In this document: positions 34,199-45,283 of the stretch, one piece after another
Layout of the letters: each line of letters starts with the position of its first letter
How positions within the stretch are numbered: the stretch's first letter is position 1
Assembly (NCBI GenBank): GCA_002269645.1
Contig: NIVC01002372.1
Coordinates: 1 to 64,000 of the forward strand
Reading direction: 5' to 3'
DNA: 64,000 bases
DNA from: Macrostomum lignano
Lineage: Eukaryota
The notes under the pieces: model-generated
Databases searched by the model: none
What the model was told of the DNA's origin: nothing
The model's input: the letters and a program-made list of their open reading frames with translations, nothing else
Made by a program: the position numbers and the translations under genes

Positions 34199-34535
34199 AT
34201 AGTTCTCAAAGCCGCAGTTCTCAAAGATGCTCGACACTTTAGCCTGATGATTTAGCACTGCAAGAGGTGGTTTATGTTGAATTTTTTCTATAAAAGAGAA
34301 ATACAGGTGCTCAAGTATAGATGCTGAACTTACCTTTTGAAAGATGCACGCCTTGGCTTGCAGTGACTAGTTCGCCTGATGAGCTTCTTTAGTACCGCAG
34401 TATCCAAGCTGGGATTCTTTGGGACTGTCGGCTGCTCGACTGAATCTATCGGCCGCTTTGAGGCATCGCTTATAGCCATCGAGGCGTTGAAGACTGCATG
34501 GTCGCGTTCGCACGGTTCGTTCAGTTGTCGATTGG
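34199..34535 (-). mobile_element. Diverged second Crypton copy (3' end only), abutting the 5' end of the first
   Basis: Colinear with 32378-32750: terminal agttctcaaagc...atttagcactgcaa shared; peptide AVFNASMAISDASKRPIDSVEQPTVPKNPSLDT vs TVFTASTAICGALERSIDSAEQPTVKKTPSLET. Confidence 0.75.
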
Positions 34536-34620
34536 AAGATTTTTCCAATTAATAAGCGCGGCTGTTTGACGAGATGCACCAGCCATAAGTTGTTTGACAA
34601 GACAAATAGCTTTTTGCGAT

Positions 34621-34992
34621 TGAATTCAGCCAAACTGCAAAACCTTTCAGCCAATGGAGATTTTGCCTTCACTTCGGCGGCTCCTACCATAGACTATTTA
34701 GGACACACCGGCTAGCTGTCCCACTCCTGTAAATGAATTCAGCCAAACTGAAAAACCTTTCAGCCAATGGAGATTTTGCCTTCACTTCGGCGGCTTCTAC
34801 CATAGACTATTTAGGACACACCGGCTAGCTGTCCCACTCCTGTAAATGAATTCAGCCAAACTGAAAAACCTTTCAGCCAATGGAGATTTTGCCTTCACTT
34901 CGGCGGCTTCTACCATAGACTATTTAGGACACACCGGCTAGCTGTCCCACTCCTGTAAATGAATTCAGCCAAACTGAAAAACCTTTCAGCCA
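34621..34992. repeat. 113-bp tandem repeat, ~3.3 near-identical copies
   Basis: Unit starts at 34621, 34734, 34847 and 34960. Confidence 0.95.
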
Positions 34993-35833
34993 AGACTTTC
35001 AGTCAGTGATTTTCTCACATAGAGTGAAAGAATATCGCCATGATTCTTAGCTGATCATTAAATTATCAGAAACTGTCAACCCATACGCCAAGCATAGGAC
35101 TGGCTGAAAGGTTTTTCAGCCAGTAAATAGTTCTAAAACAGACCGGCCAGCACCATATTTTATGTAAAAGTAATTTTTGCGAGTGTAATTGTGCTCTTGT
35201 TATAATATATTTTCGCTATTGCATTAGACCATACAACATCATAGCACTTATAATTCGTACTAGACACCAGGTAGCAATCCAATAAATAGTAAAAAAGGTT
35301 TTTCTGTATGTACATATATATATATACACAGACAATATTCAAGCAATATATATATTTTACTATATTTTATTTACATTTGGACTATTATATATGTATTACA
35401 TATAATTATTTCTTGTCTAAAAACTTCGAAGTATTCCCATTATTTTCCATCATTTAATTTTTTTGCATCCAGTTTTTTATTTTATTTACGGATACTAAAG
35501 GTTTCTTTATGGCTTAAGTTACACAATTAATTAGCTCCTCATTTTCTCCAATTGCCCTACTTTGGCTGAGACATGGGATTTTCTATGACACCTATTCTGA
35601 TTTCTGATTTCTATGATTTGATGGGATTCGGCACAGAATCCGCTCTGGTATTTCGACCCAAGCTAACATCCCTTTCCAGTGTTGTAAAAGTCACTGAGCT
35701 AGTCATTGCGCAATGCTGGTGCTGTGTTTCCTTAGCTGATCGAGTGTCATCTAAACAATTATGAAGTGTTGTAGCCAGGCGTATTCGATATTAATACGAT
35801 TTTTCAAATTTCCAGCGCCATTCTTCAAGCACA

Positions 35834-37369
35834 ATGTCTGACTCGAGCCCGAGCTGCTTCATCAGAGGCTGCAGCGCTGCCCCAAAAGGCACGGGCGTTC
35901 GCCTCCCAGAGCAACTGTGCAAAAGACACTTGGCTCAGGATGCTGCCAGGGTGCGCCACCGGGCACAGGAGGCGCTCGAGCAGCTGCAGCCGCTGAAGAG
36001 TCTGCGAGACGGCCTTCGAGTTCATCAGCGAGCGCTGGCAGCCGAGCTGCAGAGCGTCGAGCAGCTGTTCGAGTTGGCTGTGCAGTCGCTGCTCACCTAC
36101 AAGGAATCTGTGCTCAACCGATTGACTGTCAGACATGAGAGCAGCCTGCAGAAGCTGAATGAGCTGTCAGTGCTGCAGGAGTATGAGATTGGCCTTACTG
36201 AAGCTGAGGCCAATGCTGACCTGAAGACAATGCTCTCACTCTCAGCTGCAGTGAGTGCGGAGTGCGGCAAATTGAATGAAAAGAAAGACAGCTTTTTAAA
36301 CGTTGTCAGAGACATTGGCGACGTGAGCGGCAGCGTGAGAGACTTGCAGCTGCTGATTGACAGGCAGCTGAGCGACGAGATGCAGCTGTGCGAGTTAGCT
36401 GGTCCGCTGAGCGAGAGGCAGAGAATTTGTGAGTTCCACAGCGAGATCAAAGGACTCGATGGTACGCCTGATTGGGTTTCATGCTGCAGCAACACGAAGG
36501 GCTTCTCCGCTGATGCTTCAGGCAGCAAAGTGGTGAAGGCGGAGTCTGCGGTCGATGCGGCACAGATGCTTCCGGAGCCGTGTCTGTTCGTAGCTTTTCA
36601 TTGCCAATATATGCTGCATCACCTTCTCGCGTGTTCGATTGACGGATCCGTGAGGCTGAAAGTTCAAGTTGACCTCCTCAACTGGTTCAAGCAAATCACA
36701 GGACTCAGCTGTGACAGCAAGCGCCAAGCTCTGTACATCTCGCAGAAAAAATGGCTGAAGGTGTCGGACCTGAGCGGTCAGGTGTCGCTCAAGATCAACT
36801 CGAGCAGCCTCGGACGGCCTGTCAGATTTATGGGGCTGACCTGCAGCTCTGACAAGATAATTGCTCTGGACAAAAGCGGCTCGGAAATGCAGCTGCTGTG
36901 CATCGACAAAGACAGCGGCCAGCTGCAGACCTGCGTTTCTGTCGGTGGCGTGTCCAGTTCCCCAGATTATCCAGCATCCCTGTCGATCATTGATCACACG
37001 GTGCTGATTACTGACTGGGCAGTTCAAAAGCTTTATAAAGTGTGCATCGCTTGCGGTCAGCTGGTCTCGACCTACCCGACGAAGCGAAGTCGTCTTAATG
37101 TAATTCAAAGACCTTCAGGAGTCGCGGCTCATCGCTCAGGTCTGGTGTTCGTCAGCGAGTGGTCGAGGCATGCGGTTCGTGTGATGCAGAGTGACGGCAC
37201 TGTACTGCAGACTGTCGGAGTCGAGGGTGAGTCTGGCAGTGGCAAGGATAAAGTGCTCAATCCATGTGGCTTGGCCATCGTTAAAGGCGACTCCGAGCTG
37301 CTGGCTGTGTGCCTAGAGAGTGGAGAGTCGATCAGGTTCTACCGAGTCTCAACTGGTTCTGCCGTGTGA
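35834..37369 (+). CDS. Intronless TRIM-NHL-like protein (degenerate Zn motif, coiled coil, NHL beta-propeller), 511 aa
   Basis: N-terminal CFIRGC-x15-CKRH; helical region ~aa 35-190; NHL repeats such as RPSGVAAHRSGLVFVSEWSRHAVRVMQSDGTVLQTVG and LNPCGLAIV. Upstream acceptor ttccag at 35815; aataaa at ~37553. Confidence 0.85.
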   Translation: MSDSSPSCFIRGCSAAPKGTGVRLPEQLCKRHLAQDAARVRHRAQEALEQLQPLKSLRDGLRVHQRALAAELQSVEQLFELAVQSLLTYKESVLNRLTVRHESSLQKLNELSVLQEYEIGLTEAEANADLKTMLSLSAAVSAECGKLNEKKDSFLNVVRDIGDVSGSVRDLQLLIDRQLSDEMQLCELAGPLSERQRICEFHSEIKGLDGTPDWVSCCSNTKGFSADASGSKVVKAESAVDAAQMLPEPCLFVAFHCQYMLHHLLACSIDGSVRLKVQVDLLNWFKQITGLSCDSKRQALYISQKKWLKVSDLSGQVSLKINSSSLGRPVRFMGLTCSSDKIIALDKSGSEMQLLCIDKDSGQLQTCVSVGGVSSSPDYPASLSIIDHTVLITDWAVQKLYKVCIACGQLVSTYPTKRSRLNVIQRPSGVAAHRSGLVFVSEWSRHAVRVMQSDGTVLQTVGVEGESGSGKDKVLNPCGLAIVKGDSELLAVCLESGESIRFYRVSTGSAV

Positions 37370-37579
37370 CATCAGAGTTCAGGATGGTTCTGCTGGAACT
37401 GTTTATCATTCACTCAAAGCCGTTTATTCACGTCTCTACGTACAACTGACAGTACCATGAATCTAACAATATTCGGTTTAAAATAATGTCACAGGGCTCC
37501 TGGGTAATCTATTAGAATCTCACTGATGTCAATAAAATCTGTTGTGGGTGGGAATAAAGAAAGATGCAAATTCTACTAC

Positions 37580-38062
37580 TGACAGGAGTAAGCCGTAGGT
37601 TGCTCCTGGGGGCGTGAAGTGTCCGAGCGGCAAGACACAGTTTTCTATTCAGTCCGGGGGATATAAATGGGGAAATTTAAGGGCTTCGCGGTGGATCAGA
37701 GTTGCCTGGGGAATGATCGCGCAGGGGAATTTCCTAATGGGGAATGCTTTCGCAGAGGGTAATTCGCTTAATAGGAATGGCGCCGAAAGCTGGTAGGACC
37801 CTTAATGGTTAGGGGAAATTCTGGGAATAGTCTTCAGAGAAGTTAGGCGGTATGCCAGGTCAGCGGGGAGGTTAGAGACGGGCTCGAGATTGGGCAATCC
37901 GCGGGTCTGGGCGAGAGAGTTGGCGGAACTCTAGATCAGGCTGAGAACTGGGTTAGGGGAAGAGAGGGAGAGGCGGGGCGCCTTCCGTTGGGGAGAATTG
38001 GGCTGCGATAGTTACTGCACGTTCCTGGGGAAGGGGGGTTGAAGGGGGGGGGGGGCTGTACA
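37580..38062. mobile_element. Probable solo LTR
   Basis: TG...CA termini (tgacag...ctgtaca); flanks ctac/cttc (3/4); GC-rich; related fragment inverted at 50255-50500. Confidence 0.5.
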
Positions 38063-39450
38063 CTTCTGATTGAGCAAGCCTGGAGGGAAAGGGAAGGCTG
38101 AACGCCTAAATGAGGAACAGTGAGTCAAGCTATTTTTAGAACAAACTGTTCATACTCCAGGCTTAGCACGGGGGCAGACAAGGTTAGTTTTCTTTTGCTG
38201 TACATTTGCGAGTATATATAGTATTTCCACTAAATATGGCGGACAAATTTTAACAAATGTTACGAAAAGAATTATTTAGCAACAAATTTACAGTATACAA
38301 CTAACTATTTATTCATGTATATTTACTTCTAATAAGGCTACGACTACGAGTAAGAGTGATAAAAATAGTGAATTTGCGTTAAAAACGTAAAAAAACTAAT
38401 GTATTGAGGCCACTTGACTACTAGTAAGGCATACAAAAATAAGCATACAAGTATTAATGAGTACATAGAATAATGAGCCTGCCTCAATAATTTCATTTGA
38501 GTTTGAGTCTAACGTCGTAGTCTGTCATTGACGTTTTTTATTGCATGTGTATCATGTAATCCTTTCATTATTTCTGCTTTGCGATTCTCGGATTTTGATC
38601 AGCTAGAATTATATAAATTGATTAAACATGCCTTCGTTTCGTCAGTTATAGCTGTATTTTATTACGTTAATTTGACACAAAGCAAATGTTATTCGAAGCG
38701 TTTATGCGCTACCTAAACAAAATATATTAGCAAATAAGCACTTTCTGACTCTTTGGCGAATGCTTTGTTCTTTGTTCTTAATGACATCTGCTCTAAAGGT
38801 CATTCCTGTTGAAGAGAATGTTCCACTCTGTTCCACTGTTGAAGAGACATTGCTGGCCTACAGGCCACTAAACTGTAGCTTAGGTACCGCCGAAGCTGGC
38901 ACCGCCACTGATGATCGAGTATGGAGGTGGGGACTGTTGTACTTTGGATTTAAGCCTTCAAATTGAGCTGAAAGCTGAGCTGAGCTCTCATTCCATTTCA
39001 TTATTCTTAATCACAGAATGGAGGAATCTAGCACGCTGACGAGTGCGTCAATGGCTGAAACACGAGTCAAAGTGCTAGATTCCCATTCTTATTTGATCCA
39101 ACATGTGTGGCTAAAGTAGACAAGGGTGGAGCGGGGGGTGTGGAGTTAGACTTGAACCATAGACAAAATATGCGCGAGCTAGTCTGAACATTCTTGCACG
39201 ATGGAAAGAAGATTATGCTTGTAGTCTATGGCTGTTATGCTAAATATAGAAACATTGCGCATTACATTCTTGCACGATTGACATTCCTGCACGGAGTGCA
39301 CACGTAAATTCAAGGTGATTTTACCATAGACACTTGCATTTCTGCACGCATATGGCGACTTCCAAAGCATTCTTGCACGCTGGATCAAATAAGAATGCTT
39401 AATTACGCATTTTCCATGAAGCCGAATTAAAAATGGTTCGCACTACTTTT

Positions 39451-42034
39451 CCCAGTCAAAGCAATGCCGTTGCCTCGACGTCGCCAACACGTCGCAAAAT
39501 AACGTCGCCAAACCAGCCATTTTGTCGCGCGCGGCGACGTCGCCATTACGACCCCAGGCGACGTCAGAATTTCACATACTGGCGACCAAACGGCGACCAT
39601 CTATTACAGATTGCTTAGCACCTTTAATATAGTGCAAATCTCGAAATCATAATTAAATAAACCTTTTCTAAGATTGTAGATGAAAATTTAAACAAGATTA
39701 ATGCGCTAGCTTGCTCGCGTTTTCATATCTTTATCAAATTTATAAATTTTATAATTTAATTTAAGGTGTTTATGTCGGTTAATTTATTATTATCAGAAAA
39801 GTAATATTTACACAGTTACACTTAAAGACACAAATTATTTTAAATTTACAAATGGATTTTCTAGTGCAGATATTTTACTCACTGAAAAGGGTCGAAAGAA
39901 GAAGAAAAAAACGATGTCAAAAAAAATTGCTCAAGATTTTTCAGTTCAACCTTACAGCATGTTGGCAGCATTTATTACTTAAATCAAACTATTTCCTTCT
40001 CGTCAAGTCCCCGTCGATTCAGACTGCAGAAAACTGGGTCCCGTAGCCGGCAACGGAACTGCACCTTGCATGCACAGCTTGTGGACAAAGCTTATATGCT
40101 GCAATGAAATTTATTAGTACATTAGTGACAATTGGACTACAATGTTGACCATTATCATTATTACAACAGGAAAGAAATGTTATTTTACAAAAATATACAC
40201 ATTGACAGAAGAACTAACCTTTGGGGCTTAGATGGTAAACTGCCAGCAAAATCCTGCTGTTGAGCATGAGAAATTGATGCCACAAAGCGACAAATTGAGT
40301 GTCTTTAACAGTTGCTGAATTGTGCTGACATATCTCTGAAGAAAATGAATGCAAAAATATATTAAATTTCAATTTTTGTAACTTGAAAAATCTGACTTTA
40401 ATATTAGCATACTCACCATTCTTAAAAGGAAATGGTAGGACACTGAAAGCAGCCAATTTCACCATGGTCCTCCACATCATGACTCAGATGCATCAGAAGA
40501 TACAGAAACAGGTCCTTCTGCACTTGTCCAGTTATTCTCTTGCTGATATGCTGATGGACCTGCTAAATGCTCATTAATGTTCCTCAGGCTTTAATGTGTT
40601 CACATTATTTGGTATTCTCTTAGTATTCTGCTGCCATTAATGTCACTGGCCTTATTTGATACAAGTGACAAAAGAATGACATCTTAACTTCTTGGGCAAA
40701 GTACATAGGCCATCTGCAATGCAAATTGTAATAAAAATATGTTCTCTATATATTAAAAACTTTGACATAAATAATATTCCAAGAAGTTAAAGAAAATGAA
40801 TAAAATAAAAAGTATATAGCTAAGATAAAAAATTGTATAGATATAAAATGCAAAGCCTATGAGAAAAGCTACTTTTAAACAGTATCTATAGGTAGGCCTA
40901 GTTATTATTTATAAGAAATATTTAGTTTATTTTATCTTTAGTTAGTTTAATTATTAAATCTTTTCCATTGGTTATTAGACAAGAAAGGGGAAGAAATCTC
41001 ATCACTAGCCTAGAAATTTATTCCCTTAACTGCATTAGCTAACTCCCATGACCTGAATTATATCATCCAACTTTTCTCCAAATCCATCAAAATCCTCTCC
41101 ATGAAACTTAACACCATTGAAATCCTCTCTATAAAACTAAATACTATCAAAAATCCTCTTTGTGAAACTGTGATAGTGTTACTTGAAAAATTTTCCAAAT
41201 AAAATCTCATTAGACACAAGACAGCATAGGCCTAGCCTAGGCCTAATCAGTAGTCTAATATTAAATTAAGGCCTAGCAACATAAAGGGCCAACTTAGCTT
41301 ATTATAAAGTAGTCTAGGTCCTATTATATTATATTATCCTCTTGCCCTTGGCCTTGCTTGATTTCCCCTATCCAAAGTCTAATTTCATTGTTTTTTTCCA
41401 AACCCAGCTTTCTAATATCATTGTGAGCAGAATTACATCATTTGTATGCATAGTATCATAGGTTACTCAGGCACAGGCTCCACTTATGAACTTAAGTTGA
41501 CAAGCCCTTGGTCTTTGGATTGGCCAAAAACAACACAATATAATATAGCAGCAGTATATAGGCATAATGAAGTTAGCTTCCTAAGCTAAAATTATCGTTA
41601 AAAACAGACCTATATCATATAAGGTCATACAATATTATACCACACAATGTACGAAGATCATATGCAGAATTGATTCTTTACTTCTCCACCATTATCAGAA
41701 TTTACAATTATTTACTGTCAAAAGAAACAGTTCGTATTTTGCTACTTCAATCAAGAAGATTTAACTATCCATCATATAACAAACGAACAACTGAACTTCG
41801 TGTAGATATAAAGAATACTTAAGCTCAACTTGTTTGCAAATTCATAAAAAAGTTTTTAAGATTTAAGTAAGGATATAAGATCTTCTATAGCACATCGAAT
41901 ATTTTTTAGCTAAATGCCTTGGTCGCAAGAAGACGTCGCCCCGACTAAAACAGTGCAACCAATATTTGCCCGTGACGATGGCGACCAATGGCGACTTCAT
42001 AGCGACGTCGACGCGACGTACTGCCTTGCTTGGG
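39451..42034. mobile_element. Non-autonomous CMC/EnSpm-like DNA transposon (~2.6 kb)
   Basis: Imperfect CCCA-starting TIRs (cccagtcaaagcaatgccgttgcctcgacgtcgc vs reverse complement cccaagcaaggcagtacgtcgcgtcgacgtcgc); subterminal gacgtcgcc/ggcgac repeats; 2-bp TSD tt. Confidence 0.65.
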
Positions 42035-42063
42035 TTGTTGTGAAGTCTATGGTCAGTAGTATC

Positions 42064-42139
42064 CACTGATACTACGAGTATAAACACAGCTTGTATATAG
42101 TGTATACACTGTGTATAAACTGTGTTTATAGTATCTGTG
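42064..42139. mobile_element. 76-bp hairpin mini-element with P-like CACAGATACTA-type termini
   Basis: Nearly wholly palindromic about gtgtatacac; termini match the element at 59933; flanks gtagtatc/gtagtttt (6/8). Confidence 0.55.
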
Positions 42140-42148
42140 GTAGTTTTC

Positions 42149-44924
42149 CTTTTGACAGCCAAGTTGATAATTAAGCCAACCAAGTTAGCTTCTAAACATT
42201 CTAAACTTGGTTAGCTTTTTATCAACTTAATTTGGTTGGCCTTTTTTATGTCTACGGCCAATAGTGTCGATGCTAAACCAACGGAAGAGGTGGGAACACT
42301 CGCTGACTGCGCAAGCCCAGTGAAAAAAAGTATATGGATTCCATGTGGATTTTTCATATGAAATCCATATGTGCATTTGTCTCCGTCCATCCATGTGGAA
42401 TTGAGATATGGATTCCACATGGAAGATCCACATGGAAGTAATTATGTATTTCACATAGAATCCACATTGTCATTGAGTAAACAGCCATTATACTGGTTGC
42501 CATAATAAATTGTTGCATCCTAAATCTCAAAATAATATCAGATCTCAAAATTTCATATGAACCCCAGATCTCAATACCATATAAAAGAAACTGAAACACA
42601 GATAAAAACACTAGCTATAGCGAAAAAATATTTCTGCACAAAAATATATTCAAAAAGGATGTCTCAATAAGTAAGGTGTATTTATATACAGTAGTGAGTC
42701 ACTGGCACACAAAGAATAAACACACTGATATAGATATTGATATCTTTAAAGTTGCGCTGCGCATATGATATAATATATAATTTGAAATTGACATTGTCAA
42801 TAGCATTATTTAATTAACAATAATATAATGCACCAGAATTAGAACAGTCAGAAACATGCTGCTGCCAATTGCCAGAATGCTGCTTCTTCAGGTTAGGTGA
42901 GAAACCTTAGAAAAGAAAGGGGTTAAATTACAGAATTTTATAACAGATTGATGATAGATTTTGTAATAGATTTTGATAGATTTTGATCTTATAACAGATT
43001 TTGATGACAGAAAAAAATCAGTTTATAACTAAAACTTACCATTGCTTCACAAAAGGTAGCATTCTAGATATTATATTCAAATTCCAAGTAGCTTTGCATG
43101 CTTCTTCAAAGGCAAGACCAAGGTGACATCCAAGTTTGAGGATGGGCCATGTAATGTTAGGCTGAAATGAAATAGAAAAATAATTGTTGCCAATTAAGAT
43201 TGATAGATTATATTGATATAATTCATAAAACTAATTTAAGGATGAATACTTAATAAAGTTTATTTTAAAATTAACTAGGCCTAAGTTCTAGGTTTATTTT
43301 TTTATGCGCAAAGTGTGCATGTGCGCCTTAAATTTTAAAATTGCACCTTGAAAATTGAAATTAAAAAGTGGATACAGTTTAGGTGCGATTTCATTACCTA
43401 TTTTTCTGTTGAAGCCTTATTTGCACTGCCTTTATATAAGAAAAAAGAGAAATTGCATTCTAAGCCTTAAAATCATAAAACCCTGAAAGTGAGCATAGGA
43501 TATAATTTTGCACTTTGTCTCTAGCAAAAAAGAAAACCCTACCTAAGTCAATCAATGAACCAATGAAATAATAAGTACAAAAATAATTAATATATGTTTC
43601 TATAAATTTAATTTTTTATATTAAAATTGATTTTAAACTATAAAGTATTTAGGCAAAGCAATGCATGTTTTTTTATATTTGCTGGCCTAGTATGATTTAA
43701 CATTAGGCCTAAGCTTAAATAGCTAGGGGGCCTATGCCCTATGCCTATGGCTATTAAATTCTGGACTTGGCCTAAATCAGATCAAATTTACAATAATCAT
43801 TATTTATTTATAATAGCAACCTTAGGGATCTGCTAGGCTAGCTATGCCAAAAGCAAGTTGCAAGTGTAAATGCAGAATTATTTATTATAATTAATAATAC
43901 TGTTTTTAAAAATGCAACAAGTCCAAAAGATGCTAATAAGCTTTTTTGAAGAAAATCATAAATTAATAGATTTTTAACAGATTAACTAGATTGACTAGTC
44001 ACAATTCACAAAGTCAAGCTAGTCCCAACTCCCAACCTTAATTAAAATAGGACCTAAATTGATAGTTATAGGCCTAGCTTAAAATAGGCCTAATAAGCAT
44101 ACATATAAATAGATAGATAGGACTAAGAGGAAATTATGAACTTCTAAAGGCCTATTTAAGTTAAAAAATGAGTAGCCAATCTATGGACATGGCCATGGGA
44201 TTCCTAGAAATTGGATAGGGCCTAGGCCTAAATAAATTTATCATGGATTTTACCAAAAGTATTAGGCCTATCTATGATAAAATACTGATTTATCTAATTT
44301 CTAATCCCATGGAGGCCATGGCCTTATACTCGTAAGTTATTGCCTATAGGCTAGGTCTACTAAATTTTTTAAGGTGCTTAAATAGCCATAAACAAGGCAC
44401 TTTATCTTTCAAGGCCTTGGACCAAGACATTGACGAATATAAAATAAAATTAATTTAATTTTAAAACGTACGAAACGTTTTTTATTGTTAACTTTTATTT
44501 TGTCTATTTTAACAAACAGTATCTTATTTTCCGATTATAATTTAGCTTTTAGATAATAATTTTTACTTAAAAGCATATAAATATAATAATTAATTTTAGT
44601 AATTTCATAAAAACGTCTGAATAAGGTGTATCACAGTTTTTTATCGAAGTGGATTCCATGTTGAATCAATATACGCTTATTTCTCATGAATTCCTTGTAA
44701 AATCCACATCAACATTAGGACAGTAAAAATAAAAAAATAATGCATAAAAAATACTTTGCATACCATTATGTCATCTTTAAGTCATTAATTTGCAAAAATT
44801 AAAGAAACATTTAAATTCCACATGGCCACGTGGAACCCACGTGGAATCCATGAATCATTTTTCACTGGGAGGCTAGGCGGATTCTCAACTTGGTTGGCTT
44901 AATTATCAACTTGGCTGTCAAAAG
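42149..44924. mobile_element. MITE with perfect 38-bp inverted repeats, split by the nested element at 42316
   Basis: cttttgacagccaagttgataattaagccaaccaagtt at 42149 and its reverse complement ending at 44924; TSD not identified. Confidence 0.7.
42316..44869. mobile_element. Non-autonomous CMC/EnSpm-like DNA transposon (~2.55 kb), nested
   Basis: TIR cccagtgaaaaa / tttttcactggg; 2-bp TSD ag; subterminal tccacatgg / ggattccatg repeats at both ends. Confidence 0.8.
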
Positions 44925-45283
44925 CAATACCAACTAGCGAAGAATAATTTAGCAAAAAGTATCAAAAGCAGTAACAGATCCTATTACATGGATCAAATGT
45001 AAAAACCAGTCAGTTTATTTAGGAAGTCAAAACTTGAATCTTTAAGTTTCAAGTTTGACTTGCTGCGCCTCGGCCATGCAAGAAACGAGTCCTTAGCCAA
45101 CTTCATGGCCAAAGAAACGTTTTTGGGGGTATTATCTTATACATAAATAATATTTATTCCTATCTTAATAAAAAACTTAGTAATCGTGCAATTAGTACCG
45201 TATCAAACGCGCTTTAATACCAATTTTGTTTTAGCTAAACCTCCATTTTTCCTATCTTTTTTATAAACGGTGTGTATAAAAGC

